A DNA stretch of 64,000 nt from an uncultured Nitrososphaeraceae archaeon (GCA_963837175.1 CAWIMJ010000050.1:192001-256000), one strand, 5' to 3'; positions 31,193-42,626 are shown, counted from the first letter of the stretch. Program-made: numbers and translations. The notes: generated from the letters alone by a model not told the origin.

Positions 31193-31992
31193 TTTAATTT
31201 CATTCTGCAGGATTCGGTAGTCCGGTAATTCTCTTCATCTGTTCTGGCCTACCAACCAGAATAATAGGGGGACTATCAATATCGTCATTATCCTACAGTC
31301 ATACTTAAATACATACGGAGTGATAAAATTGTTCTCTATTCGAGTTTTCTAGGGAGATATAAATAACCATAAGTTAATGAACTATTATGTAAGAATAAGT
31401 AAGTGATAGCAAAATTATAGATTATAATTATTCCCTTCGATCTTTTAGTAAAAATAGTACTACTATTGTTAAGAGGTGGATGTTGATTATAGATCTTTTT
31501 CTAAAATTGCTCCGCTATTGGTACTTTCATCTATAAATTCAATTGTAGATCGACCACTAAGAATTGATGATGTCAGTCCTATATGTTTGGACATGCTGCT
31601 ACTAAATTCACTTGTAAACAATAAAATGCACTCGATTATATACAGGACCTAGTTTTCTAGTGTTTGACAATTACAATTCAGTTTGTCAGGCTCTAGTGCT
31701 AAAAAAAGCACAGCTTATGCATGTCATTTATTAAGGAATCATAAATGATAATAATTATTCTATAATATGGGCGCTATGATAACCTGATTTGCATTTAGGA
31801 CACATTGAATGAACACCAATACATTCTATACAATAGTCGCTTGCTAACAGGAATTCAGATTCTTCTCCTGTGTAAAAACAGCTTTCACAAAATCTTCTCA
31901 TTCGTAAATCCAATTAGTCAGATAAATTCAGACCATTATTAATCTTTTTCAGAGATATGTGTGGGTTATGCGTAGAGTACTTGGATGAAAGA

Positions 31993-32361
31993 CTAATCCG
32001 TCGGTTTTGTTCGTGTTGAAATTATCCTAAGGGTTGCGTTCTTTAACTTATCAACATTAGTGTCTTTAACATAAACTGACAGGCATAGTATGCCACTATC
32101 TAATGGAAAGGTCATTAGAGCGATTTTTTGGTGTTCAGTCAAGCTATATCTGACTTTGCCTAACCTGTCACTAAAATTTTGGAGTAATGCCATATTTGAT
32201 AAGGAGTTTACGTACATTTCTTGCTCTTCTGATTCCTTTAGTAAGGGTTCAACACCTTCCTGAAAGCCACCTTCTATGACTTCTCCTTTATTGTTAACAA
32301 TACCAACGAATCTTATATTGCGATCAAGCTTTATTATTATATCACATAAGTTGCGTTGCAC
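31993..32361 (-). CDS. Roadblock/profilin-like small protein (DUF6659-like)
   Basis: CDIIIKLD.NIRFVGIVNNKG..GG..PLL..LGKVRY pattern typical of this thaumarchaeal family. Confidence 0.72.
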   Translation of the reverse strand: MQRNLCDIIIKLDRNIRFVGIVNNKGEVIEGGFQEGVEPLLKESEEQEMYVNSLSNMALLQNFSDRLGKVRYSLTEHQKIALMTFPLDSGILCLSVYVKDTNVDKLKNATLRIISTRTKPTD

Positions 32362-32533
32362 GATAAATAATATTATTGTTGGTGGTGATATAAATCGGTT
32401 GACTTTATCCAGATGCAGTTATGTCCACAACTAATTGCATCGCAACTCTATAGTTCTGATTCTTGTAGTAGTTTCAAATTAAATTACGATCCTCTCCTTT
32501 TCGTAAAAAAATCTTAGTATACTTTAATTAAAG

Positions 32534-33157
32534 TTATAAATGTTTGACTTCAGTAAAATGCATTGTTGATACTTTGTAATAAATTATTTCGCCACGCCTC
32601 TCTACAACTGCAATAATAGCGTCCTTTCCCATTTTTCTGATGTCTTTAAGCATTTGTGAAAACACATCAACCTCTAAATTTATGCCCTCATTTATTCCAA
32701 ATACTACATACTTTGCAGGCTTGCTATCAAAATCTCCTCTTTCATAAACTCTAAAATCAACACCGAAGCCAAAACCCTCTTTTGCTACGTAGCCTCTGCT
32801 TCTGAGGTCACGATATATAAGGAATTTTGTCAAGATATATTTGTCATACTTGAGTATGGTTTCAACTAGAGAATCAAAATCAATATTATTTATTTCTCGT
32901 TTTAAGAGCAGACGATTGGTATAAATCAAATATAGGGCCTCATGAGGTTTCAGTAGATATCGAGAATTCTCCTTTTCTCCATATCCTTTACTCCTTAATT
33001 GATCTTGAAATCGACTATCTTTAACGATAATATCTTCTTTTTCAGCAAGAAATGCTTCGATTACATATGGAAATTCATTATAAGAAGATTGCTGTGGAGA
33101 AGAGGAGGAGGATGCCGACGACGATGACATAACGATTAAATCGGAGTATATGACCAC
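32534..33157 (-). CDS. endA: tRNA-splicing endonuclease subunit (likely the structural beta subunit)
   Basis: EALYL, IYRDLRSRGYV.EG..FGVDFRVY; no catalytic His after the Tyr (ERGDFDSKPAKY). Confidence 0.85.
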   Translation of the reverse strand: MVIYSDLIVMSSSSASSSSSPQQSSYNEFPYVIEAFLAEKEDIIVKDSRFQDQLRSKGYGEKENSRYLLKPHEALYLIYTNRLLLKREINNIDFDSLVETILKYDKYILTKFLIYRDLRSRGYVAKEGFGFGVDFRVYERGDFDSKPAKYVVFGINEGINLEVDVFSQMLKDIRKMGKDAIIAVVERRGEIIYYKVSTMHFTEVKHL

Positions 33158-33186
33158 ATTTAAGCATTCAAAATTAGTGATTATTT

Positions 33187-33702
33187 ATGAAAGGAGTCAA
33201 TTATCGTGAGCCTCGTGGGATGCCCTATGTGAGACGCGAATACATATCGGGAAAGCCACAAATAAAAATTGCGAGATTTTCTTCGGGCCAGGCACGAAAT
33301 GATTATGATTATAATGTTCAAATGGTTGTTACGGAAAAGATGCAAATAAGACACAATTCTTTGGAATCAGCAAGGCTAGCGGCAAATAAGACAATGGCAA
33401 AAGCGGGAGATTTGAGTTTTTTTTCTATGTTAAAGGTATATCCACATGTGATTTTGAGAGAAAATAAGATGATTGCAACGGCCGGTGCTGATCGTTTACA
33501 GGAGGGCATGAGAAGAGCTTTCGGAAAGTCGACAGGATTAGCCGCAAGGGTTCGGCCCGGTCAGGTAATTTTTGAAGCCTATGTTTCTACTGCTAACCTT
33601 GATCTTGCCAAAGATGGCTTTAAGGTAGCATCTAGTAAATTAGGATGTCCTATTACAATAAGAATTAATCCTCTAAGGGAACAGATTGCGCAAAAAGATT
33701 AA
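33187..33702 (+). CDS. rpl10e: 50S ribosomal protein uL16 (L10e)
   Basis: QIRHNSLESAR, YPHVILRENK, AGADRLQEGMRRAFGK. Confidence 0.97.
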   Translation: MKGVNYREPRGMPYVRREYISGKPQIKIARFSSGQARNDYDYNVQMVVTEKMQIRHNSLESARLAANKTMAKAGDLSFFSMLKVYPHVILRENKMIATAGADRLQEGMRRAFGKSTGLAARVRPGQVIFEAYVSTANLDLAKDGFKVASSKLGCPITIRINPLREQIAQKD

Positions 33703-33981
33703 TTATAGTTGATGCATTTTCAAGATCAAATTTGCAATATCTTTGAGGTAATGCAAAATTCACTGATTTTAGAGATTATTAGATACTGTCGCATTATCAA
33801 TTTCTGATCTTATGGCTGCTCTTGTTTCTGATCTTAGACTTCCAACTTCTCTTATAGTGAAATAATCCATCATCCAAGTAGCTTGTAAATCTATTCTACA
33901 TCAAGTTACATTTAATTATCCTTACTTATAACAACACAAAGTTTATTCTAGTACTCATACAACCATATTTGTCATAATATT

Positions 33982-35172
33982 ATGCTGCAGGTGATTTCAG
34001 ATATCGATGATTCGATTTTTAAAGGCAAAAAGGTCTTTGTTAGAGTTGACTTTAACGTCAGCATCAACAATGGCTCGGTGGGAGAAGATTACAGAATTAG
34101 GAAGACAATTCCTACTATAGAATATCTTACCAAACGCAGCGCCAAAGTAATTATAGCATCACATTTAGGTAGACCAAAAGGTTTTCAATGTCATCATTCT
34201 TTAGCTCCTGTCGCAAGGAGACTATCTGATATAATGTGGCGATCAAAAGTTAGCTTTGTTAATGATTGTGTAGGTGATTCGGTTAGAAAAGTAATAGAAA
34301 AAATGAATAACGGTGATATCTTGCTATTAGAAAATCTACGATTTCATAAGCAAGAAGAGATAAATGATTTTGAATTTTCAAAGCAACTTGCGTCTTTGGC
34401 TGATATATATGTAAATGACGCATTTAGTACGTCGCATAGAAAACATGCTTCTACCTATGGTGCAGCAAAGCTGTTTGATATACATTTAGCAGGATTCAAC
34501 CTTAACCAGGAGGTGCAATATCTTTCAATGATAAAAGAAAATCCTGTTAGACCATTTACTTTTATAGTCGGAGGAGTTAAAATAAAAGATAAAATAGGGG
34601 CACTAGAAAATTTGCTTCCTAAATCAGATAAAGTGCTAATAGGTGGTGCCGCAGCCTATACTTTTCTGAAGGCGAAAGGTGTGGAAACAGGAAATTCGTT
34701 AATAGATTTTGAACATTTGTCTTGGGCAACAAAGGCAATTGCCACTTTCGGTGAGAAAATAATGCTTCCAAACGATCATGTTGTATCTTCTTCCTCTAAA
34801 GGTATTCATGCAAGTGTAGTAAAAGGTGACATTCCTAAGAGTATGGCGGCTTTTGATATAGGTATGGAAACCGCACAGAGATATTCAGACGAGGTGGCAT
34901 GCAATGGATTGGGAACTGTATTTTGGAATGGCCCAATGGGATTATTTGAAAATGGACATTTTGCAAACGGTACAATTAGTATTGCCAAAAGTATGGCACT
35001 GGCATTCTGGCGTGGGTCAAAAACACTGATTGGCGGCGGTGATACTCTTGAAGCGATGAAAAAAGCAGGTGTTTCGGAAGGAGAGGTGAGTCATGTTTCT
35101 ACTGGCGGCGGTGCTACTCTAAGGTTTCTTGCTGGTGACGATATGCCTGGGATCAATGCATTAAAAAGGTAA
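33982..35172 (+). CDS. pgk: Phosphoglycerate kinase (bacterial-type signatures)
   Basis: RVDFNV, SHLGRPKG, LLENLRF, VNDAF..HR, FWNGPMG, GGGDT, VSTGGGA. Confidence 0.95.
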   Translation: MLQVISDIDDSIFKGKKVFVRVDFNVSINNGSVGEDYRIRKTIPTIEYLTKRSAKVIIASHLGRPKGFQCHHSLAPVARRLSDIMWRSKVSFVNDCVGDSVRKVIEKMNNGDILLLENLRFHKQEEINDFEFSKQLASLADIYVNDAFSTSHRKHASTYGAAKLFDIHLAGFNLNQEVQYLSMIKENPVRPFTFIVGGVKIKDKIGALENLLPKSDKVLIGGAAAYTFLKAKGVETGNSLIDFEHLSWATKAIATFGEKIMLPNDHVVSSSSKGIHASVVKGDIPKSMAAFDIGMETAQRYSDEVACNGLGTVFWNGPMGLFENGHFANGTISIAKSMALAFWRGSKTLIGGGDTLEAMKKAGVSEGEVSHVSTGGGATLRFLAGDDMPGINALKR

Positions 35173-35231
35173 TAAATCAAATTTATTTTAGCTATGATGA
35201 GCCTGTCATTTTAGAAGTGTGGTGGATAACA

Positions 35232-36929
35232 CTAGATTATATTTATTTTTATTGCCTTCAAGTATGAAATAGCATTATTTTCTGCACCGATCATCAACAT
35301 ATATTCTCCAGTCTTCAAATCCACGGAGGGAGTGAAGATAAAGGAAATTTGTTTTGACTCTCCATCAGCGATAGAAAACGATTGTTCACTGAAAGTTCCC
35401 GTAGAATTTCCAAGATTTCCCGTTGGAGTAAAAGTACCAGATTTTATCATGTTGAAAGTGTGATCAGAGGAAGAGGAATACGATAATGACGAGGTTGTTT
35501 GTAAATTCAATTTTATTTCTGCACTTTTTCCTTTAGGAATAGTAATCTCCTTTTCAGCAGATGAAACAGAAAATGGTATCTCTTTGTATGAGTCGACTCT
35601 TCCTATTTTATTTTCTGACCATTCAGTAAACCAGATCTCGTTATTCATTCCTACTGAAAACTGTAGTAAATTAGCAATGCCACAATTCTTGGCATCGCTT
35701 GGTTGGCAAAGACCAAATAATGGATTTTGTGTCGGGATCCAATATTCTATGAGAGTCATATTGACAGGATTAAATACAGCGATCTTATTTCCTGTATGTT
35801 CATTAAACCATATCGATCCATTGGATCCTCTCTCTATCCAGTATGGAAGAGTATATGCTTTTTCCTCGCTGGTACTGTTGCGGCCAAAAATCCTTGAGGA
35901 AGCTTGAGAAGTGACAAATTTCGTAATTCTTCCATTAGCATGGTCCATTTTATAAAAAATGCTTGTTCCATGATCAGTAATCCATAGATCGCTATTTTTA
36001 TCTAATGCAATTCCGACAGGCGAGTTTAGCTCAGTAGGTAATTCAAAAACTTTGAAAGATTCTGAATTCGTATCATACTTAAAAATTTGACCTTTCTTTG
36101 CGAAGGCTAACATAGACAGCCACACTGTATTGCTATTATTTTCATCAACTACAACCGACCCGGTGCTAATAAGGTCCGGATCTATACCCGCGAATCCTTG
36201 AAGTGGTATAGGAATTTTGGAAATTCCATCAGAAGTACCATTTCTCATTTCTGTTATGTTTCCAAACCAAAGTGCAGGTGATCGTATACCTACAAAGTAA
36301 ATGTTCCCTGAACTATCAAAATCAAGAGATACTGGATATGTCGTTCCAAAAGACTCTGAAATTTCAGGAATATTAAAGATCTCAAAAGTTTTCAAAATGT
36401 TATTGTACCTCCAGATTGCATTTTGTTTCTCGTCGGTGAACCAAATATTATTTTTACGATCCAGTTTTACTGTCCATACTTGGGAAAAATCAATGGGATT
36501 GTGCCGAGATCTCCATGTCGGAATAGCGTGTTCTTGATCAAATTTATTCTCTTTTGTATTATAACTTCCCAGTATACCGTTCTTAGTTGATATGTACCAA
36601 ACTTTGCTAGCATTATTATCCACAGCTATTCCGAGTGGCATTTCACATCTTGTAGGAAGAATGTACTCCTTCACAAATTCACTTGAATTAGGATTGGTTT
36701 CATTATTATTACCGCAAAATTGGTTTTCAAATTTATTAATTGCAGCATTCTTTGAACTTTCTACAAGTTTAAGTGATGAATCCTTAACGCTATTGTTATT
36801 CAAAGATAATCCGATAGCAACGACAACCACTACAATTATTCCCATAACTGCATAGATTCTATTCTTTTTCGATTTTGATGGGCTAGAGGAAGATGGGGAG
36901 GCACTGGAGTTAACCTTATTTTTGACCAA
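35232..36929 (-). CDS. Membrane-anchored Vgb-lyase-like beta-propeller protein
   Basis: N-terminal TM helix; repeated P.GIA.D..IWFT(D/E)..NKIG blades; Ig-like C-terminus. Confidence 0.85.
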   Translation of the reverse strand: MVKNKVNSSASPSSSSPSKSKKNRIYAVMGIIVVVVVAIGLSLNNNSVKDSSLKLVESSKNAAINKFENQFCGNNNETNPNSSEFVKEYILPTRCEMPLGIAVDNNASKVWYISTKNGILGSYNTKENKFDQEHAIPTWRSRHNPIDFSQVWTVKLDRKNNIWFTDEKQNAIWRYNNILKTFEIFNIPEISESFGTTYPVSLDFDSSGNIYFVGIRSPALWFGNITEMRNGTSDGISKIPIPLQGFAGIDPDLISTGSVVVDENNSNTVWLSMLAFAKKGQIFKYDTNSESFKVFELPTELNSPVGIALDKNSDLWITDHGTSIFYKMDHANGRITKFVTSQASSRIFGRNSTSEEKAYTLPYWIERGSNGSIWFNEHTGNKIAVFNPVNMTLIEYWIPTQNPLFGLCQPSDAKNCGIANLLQFSVGMNNEIWFTEWSENKIGRVDSYKEIPFSVSSAEKEITIPKGKSAEIKLNLQTTSSLSYSSSSDHTFNMIKSGTFTPTGNLGNSTGTFSEQSFSIADGESKQISFIFTPSVDLKTGEYMLMIGAENNAISYLKAIKINII

Positions 36930-37452
36930 TAAGTTAGCAAGAGATTTTCTTCCTTATATTTTTCTCTCTTTACTAATTGAACATAAATTAACATATCTTG
37001 ATATATGATTCAATAGGAGAAAATTTACTTCGCTGAATCAAAGGAATAATCACATCGACGGATTCACATAATAGTCCCTTTTATTGACTGATTATAATTC
37101 AGTCTTTATCGCCACGCCACTTTTTGGGTCCGTTCTTACGGTGGCAGAACTACCATTTGTAGCTCTTGTTAACTTCTCCTTTCTTCAATTGTATATAATT
37201 TCTATTCGAGCCAATTCCTATTGAAATGGTTTTGTTATTCTCAGTTTATTTTATCAAGAAAAAGGATTCACTTTACTTATTCTTGGTAACCATTTTAGGA
37301 TCAAATAATACTACTTTGTTGCTTTTCTACACTTTGACACAAATTGCTACCTCTGATCCATTCATTCTGTCTAACGGTAAAAGAGTATTTTACTATTCTA
37401 GTTTCTTTGTTTTTTAAGCCTGTCTGAACTAGCAACACCGAGGGTCCATATC

Positions 37453-37830
37453 TTAAAGTAATTTTAAGTGATTTGTTACTTTGTCAATCAATTCAGAAGG
37501 TCCTGGACCTATTCCTATGCAAGTTACCGTTCCAGGAGGAATTTGAGTTAGACCACTATCTTGAATCACTGCTACTGCTAAATGTAAACTCTCTGCGTGT
37601 TTTCTTATTTCAACAATTTCAGCTAAATTTTGGACCTTGACTACTACTTTTGCCTGACCTGCTTTAAACCAATAATTAAACCAATGAAAGTTCCTCATTT
37701 TTGTAATTTCTACTGCCATTACGGCTGCGTGAGCTACCTGTGCAGCCAGTTTTCCTGTGCCCATTCCTAATTCTTTTCGAACAACAATTACTTGCTTGTA
37801 ATCCTCTCTTTTAATGACTATTGATATCAC
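37453..37830 (-). CDS. pth2: Peptidyl-tRNA hydrolase Pth2
   Basis: KQVIVVR..GKLAAQVAHA..KVVVK..DSGLTQIPPGT..GIGP..LKLL. Confidence 0.95.
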   Translation of the reverse strand: MISIVIKREDYKQVIVVRKELGMGTGKLAAQVAHAAVMAVEITKMRNFHWFNYWFKAGQAKVVVKVQNLAEIVEIRKHAESLHLAVAVIQDSGLTQIPPGTVTCIGIGPGPSELIDKVTNHLKLL

Positions 37831-38239
37831 CTCAAAATTTTGTTGATGCTTATATCTCCTTTTTTTATCTACTGCATAGTATTTCCTATATTTTATTATA
37901 TTTATTTTACTTTTATATTTCCTTTTTGTTTACAGCACCTTCGATGCAGATATGACTCAATACATTTAGGTTGCTGACCTTATTGATGGTTTTATTCTAT
38001 TTATTTTCATTCTGTTCTAGCAAAGATTTCTCCATAAATGTTTAGATAACTGAATTTAACTACTATTCCATATCATTTTTTCTTGTTATCTTCTACCTGT
38101 AATCTACTACTATTGCAATCTTATTATAAAACATACTCTCTTAATATTCTAAGATCCTATTACATGATATGGATATGTCACTTTGAATTCAAATATTTTG
38201 AAATTGATTCCTATCCTTAGTAATATTTTCTGACATACA

Positions 38240-38336
38240 TAGTTTACAAACTACTCTGTATGATAACTTGATATTGCGATCGGACTAAAACAGCGTAGTT
38301 TACAAGTGCGTTTACAAGTGATTTGTAAACGTTTAC
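38240..38336. repeat. Cluster of GTTTAC(AA) direct and inverted repeats
   Basis: TAGTTT-AC-AAACTA (38240-38253); GTTTACAAGTG twice (38298, 38310); GTTTACAA-n5-TTGTAAAC; GTAAACGTTTAC. Confidence 0.7.
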
Positions 38337-38395
38337 GGCACTGTTATACAGCATAACTAAAATACCTCAGCTCATATGATTTTCTAAACTTTATC

Positions 38396-38832
38396 GGCTC
38401 TTTTTACTTAGCATTAAGCCTAGATGCAATGTCTTACATCTCTTACTCTTAATAATAATAAAAGAGACAAATCACCTTCCTCCAAAAATACATATGATAT
38501 ACGCATTACGATTATATTTTTCATGTCCTTCGATTAGACGAAAAGCATCATCACATCAGCAGTTAATCACAATTTATCAATTTATCAAAAGAAGACTCAT
38601 GTTTTGATATGGAAGAAATAGATTCAACGGTATAATAAGCCAAGGAAGATTATTCAAAAGAGAAGGAAAGTATCGGAATTTATAATTGACATCATCTGCA
38701 TTCCTCCTTTTATGATGAGAAAAGCATGATTGAAAGAATTATACAGTACATCAAAAGGATAGAACTGAAAGCTTTGATCATGACTACTTTCCTTGTAGTA
38801 GAAGATAAGCAAAGTGTATGTTAGAGTATATC
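38396..38832 (+). mobile_element. Internally deleted IS6-family derivative (left TIR kept, right end lost)
   Basis: Starts GGCTCTTTTTACTTAGCATTAAGCC; aligns with the 55456 copy but lacks about 225 nt of the DDE core. Confidence 0.85.
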
Positions 38833-38874
38833 ACCATTCGTAGCTTTAGTTATATGTATGTAGTTTTTATCTAT

Positions 38875-39141
38875 CTACGGAAATTTATTCGTGACCGATG
38901 ATGATGTTTCACATTTACCATTTACACATCTAATTGATGTTTCGCAGTTATCATTTGTACATGTACCATTTGTACAGACACCATTTATGCACATCGAAGA
39001 CTGGGTCTGACCGTTAGTTTTGTTTAATATGCTTGTAATTGTTTGGGCGTTTGCTTGGTCCTGTTGCTCATAAACCGTTGCTATCATCGATACAGCAAAT
39101 GCCAAACTAGTGAATAATATTAAGGCCGGATAGTTCATCAT
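38875..39141 (-). CDS. Small secreted Cys-repeat protein
   Basis: Signal peptide (..QANA) then CINGVC-TNGTC-TNDNC..CVNGKC. Confidence 0.72.
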   Translation of the reverse strand: MMNYPALILFTSLAFAVSMIATVYEQQDQANAQTITSILNKTNGQTQSSMCINGVCTNGTCTNDNCETSIRCVNGKCETSSSVTNKFP

Positions 39142-39594
39142 ATATCCTCTTTTATTAAGGGCTACTTAGTTTAATATATTTGGGTATGGAAATAATGATT
39201 GTCTTTATAGATGAATTTTTTGAACAAATGCATATAGCCGCTTCGAATTGCTACTTTGCTGTTTACAACCATCTTTATATCTTATTTGTGACTGTATTAC
39301 TAATAACATTGGTACTGTCAAAAAATATCCTACTAAACTAATAATCGTTGTATATATTAGAAAAATGATTGTAGCTATATGTGACATGGTAAAATTAGTT
39401 AATGCTAAACATATAGATGCAAAATAACCTTTATTGAAAAATTCTTTAATTGAAAATGTTCCTAGTTATAGAAACGTGCTTATCAATTGCAATTTTAGAT
39501 ATTCTAATACTAGACGCATATTCTGGCAAAAAAGTTCAGAATTAATATTCTTAAAATGAATCTACTATTAGTACAGATACTCCAAAGAAGATAT

Positions 39595-39783
39595 ATGCCA
39601 ACAAGTCAACTTTACTAATCGTTGCAGTCTTTGCTGCAGTAACAATGCTTTTACCAATGTTAATTGGATACCTATACAGGAAAAAAACCTACAGAACGCT
39701 CATTCTACCTTCAAACAAAAACAGACAAACAAGGTAGTGGATTTGCGGGTTATAGCGAGGACGGTACGATAACGCTTTGTTAG
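39595..39783 (+). pseudogene. Frameshifted remnant of a small secreted peptide gene
   Basis: Fragments NKSTLLIVAVFAAVTMLLPMLIG, NAHSTFKQKQTN and GSGFAGYSEDGTITLC* lie in different frames. Confidence 0.4.
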
Positions 39784-40113
39784 AAGATAATAGTTGTAAT
39801 TGTAATTATAATCATACAATTAAAAATATTTTAAATAATAATCATCCTTACTAAAGCTATAAAATATGGTATCATTTTATCAAACGGAATAATTGAATAT
39901 ATGGAATAAATTCGTCCCTATCTATTGATATGACTTATTCTTCTATACTCTAAATACAGGTCTTCTCTTGCTGACCAATTATTGTATCATAACTGAAGAT
40001 ATAAAAGGTAATGAAATCATAAAATTGGTTTCTTAAAATATTGTTCTATGGTATTCGTTTATTTGTATCTTAAGTCGAATGATTCGAATTGGTTAATATA
40101 TATGAAAAGATAG

Positions 40114-40797
40114 TTGTCTGTGATGTCAAGAAGCTTTCCTTCAATAACAACAATCATAATAACAATAGTTATTGTTGGGTCAGTATTGCTACTTGCTGGA
40201 TATTTATTACCGTTTGCAATTGTATCAGCTGATAATAGCTTAAATGAATTGTTTGTACCATCGTTTGTAAGTAGTGGGTCATCTCTTACCATAGACAATC
40301 ATAATAAAGATTTGAATGTTGATGGACATAAGCAAGGTTTTTCATCTGACTCACGTTATAATGTAATAGAGGCAGCTTGTTCTATTGGCAGTATTATTTC
40401 CACAGATGGTACTGATGGCCGCGATATTATGCTTGGATGTGATTTAGAGGATATAATGTACGGTAATTCTGATAATGATGTACTTCAAGGTCGTTTAGCT
40501 AATGATAGGCTATATGGTAATAGTGGAGATGATAACCTACAAGGTGGTGCAGGAGGAGATGAACTATATGCGGGAACAGGAGATGATGTTATCTTTGGAG
40601 GACTTGATGATGATTTTCTAGTAGCTGGAAAGGGTAATGACGAGCTATATGGAGAGGCAGGAAATGACATTCTAGAAGGAGGAAAAGGTGCAGATTATTT
40701 TGACTGTGGGGATGGTCTTGATGTAATAGTAGACTTTAATCCGGATCAAGGTGATACTCATACAAGCAACTGTGAAGATGTAAGAGAACGTCTGTAA
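40114..40797 (+). CDS. Secreted RTX/hemolysin-type Ca2+-binding repeat protein
   Basis: N-terminal TM/signal; tandem GGxGxDxLx nonapeptides; ends NCE. Confidence 0.9.
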   Translation: MSVMSRSFPSITTIIITIVIVGSVLLLAGYLLPFAIVSADNSLNELFVPSFVSSGSSLTIDNHNKDLNVDGHKQGFSSDSRYNVIEAACSIGSIISTDGTDGRDIMLGCDLEDIMYGNSDNDVLQGRLANDRLYGNSGDDNLQGGAGGDELYAGTGDDVIFGGLDDDFLVAGKGNDELYGEAGNDILEGGKGADYFDCGDGLDVIVDFNPDQGDTHTSNCEDVRERL

Positions 40798-41285
40798 ACT
40801 GATGATTGTTTTTATTTGCGTGTCCTTTATCGTTAATATGTTAAGATGGTTTTTTGTTTTAAATGTCTGGCCATATGATCGAATTATAATCACAGCTCGT
40901 AAGTAGCATGGCTGCCTGTATTGGAAATTCAGTTAAATCGTCTTCAATTTGAATACACCCCATTTAGGAATAAATGAAGTTGCTGTAATCCTTTTCACTT
41001 CTTGCATTTTTTAGCTCAATCACTTATTAGTCAAAAAGACTAACCTGATTTCAAGACACTTAAATATTTTTAATTGTTTTTACTATTATACACTATAATT
41101 GCATTCTGCACTTACAGTTCCACTTTGCTTTCTGCCACAAATAAATAGTCTTATCTGCTTTTTATTTCATTCTGGTATTTCCTGTCATGATCACTAATTC
41201 AGATTTGTTCAAAGAAATGAAAGCGCATACTTAAAATAAGGTTATTTTTTAGTGATAATAGTATTATTTACCTCCGATATTACTT

Positions 41286-42467
41286 ATGTATTATATGTCC
41301 GATAATTATGATGTCATAGTCGCTGGAGGAAGTATCTCAGGATTACTAGCAGGTAGAGAAATAGCTGCAAAAGGTCTATCTGTTTCTATTCTTGAAGAGG
41401 ACGCAGAAATCGGAACACCTGAGCATTGCGGAGGACTAGTCAGCATTAGTGGAATAGAAAATCTTGGTATTATACCGTCAAGTAATGCTATCGAAAATAA
41501 AATCAAGTATGCAAGAATTTCTTCTTATTCAAAAACTTTTGAATTAAATGCGGAAGAACAAAAAGTAATTGTTCTTGACAGGCGCGCATTCGACAAACAA
41601 ATTGCTTTTCAAACTCAAAGAATGGGAGGAGATATTCGAACGAGATGTCTTGTGCATTCTATCACTAAAAAAAATCACTCTGATGATAATAATTATCACT
41701 ATGACATAAGAACATCGGAAGGAAATCTGAAATGCAATTATTTTGTTGATGCCAGAGGAGTCTCATCGATTATTCAAAGAAATAGGGAGGGAGTGTTGCA
41801 ATCTGCTCAATACGAGGTATATGCTCCGTGGATACAACGCGATACTATTGAAGTCAAGTTTGATAGTGAGAGATATCCGGGATTCTTCGCGTGGATTATT
41901 CCAACAGGTAGTGGAAGAGGAAAAGTAGGTGTTGCAGGTAAATCAATCAATGCTATGGCTGCTTTAAAAGCATATATGGATAGTAAAGAACAGATATATT
42001 CAGTCATCCGCAAGGTATATGCACCAATTTGGGTTAGGGGACCACTTGAAGCCTTTGTTTACGGACGAACTGCGGTAATAGGAGATGCCGCAGGACAAAC
42101 TAAGCCTACTACTGCTGGAGGAATATATACTTGTGGAATGGGAGGAATTTTAGCTGGCAGAGCCATCGCTAAAGCGATAAAACAAAATGATGACAACTCT
42201 TTGGCTGAGTATCAAATAAACTGGTTTTCCCTTTTTAAAGAGGAATTCGAAAAGATGATTATTGCTAGACGTTTATTGGAACGATTGGATAATAAAGCAC
42301 TAGATGGATTATTTTTGACGATATCTCAAGCAGAGACTGAACAACTTTCAAAGACAGGTGACTTTGATTTCCATTCAGCCGCTCTAGCAAAAATATTGGG
42401 AGCGAAAGGTGCAGCAAAAATCATCAAAACAGTCTTAGGTAATGAGATTAGGCGATTATTAAAATAA
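41286..42467 (+). CDS. Geranylgeranyl-reductase-family FAD oxidoreductase
   Basis: DVIVAGGSISG, PEHCGG, FFAWIIP, IGDAAGQTKPTTAGGIY. Confidence 0.87.
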   Translation: MYYMSDNYDVIVAGGSISGLLAGREIAAKGLSVSILEEDAEIGTPEHCGGLVSISGIENLGIIPSSNAIENKIKYARISSYSKTFELNAEEQKVIVLDRRAFDKQIAFQTQRMGGDIRTRCLVHSITKKNHSDDNNYHYDIRTSEGNLKCNYFVDARGVSSIIQRNREGVLQSAQYEVYAPWIQRDTIEVKFDSERYPGFFAWIIPTGSGRGKVGVAGKSINAMAALKAYMDSKEQIYSVIRKVYAPIWVRGPLEAFVYGRTAVIGDAAGQTKPTTAGGIYTCGMGGILAGRAIAKAIKQNDDNSLAEYQINWFSLFKEEFEKMIIARRLLERLDNKALDGLFLTISQAETEQLSKTGDFDFHSAALAKILGAKGAAKIIKTVLGNEIRRLLK

Positions 42468-42626
42468 TCAAAGATGCTTTTCTAAAAATACAAGGTAAAA
42501 CCATCTTATATGTGGAGAAAAAAGGCGACAGATAATAACGCAGGAAGCAGTGAAATTTTCATACTATGTATAAATGAAATTAGATCTATAACGAACTTCT
42601 GTTTAAAGATAATGGAGGCTTACAGG

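Noticed and set aside
31215-31230. GTAGTCCGGT repeat of the tRNA-Glu D-arm just downstream of the tRNA
   Set aside because: Only a 10-nt match with no cloverleaf; not a 3'-end att duplication.
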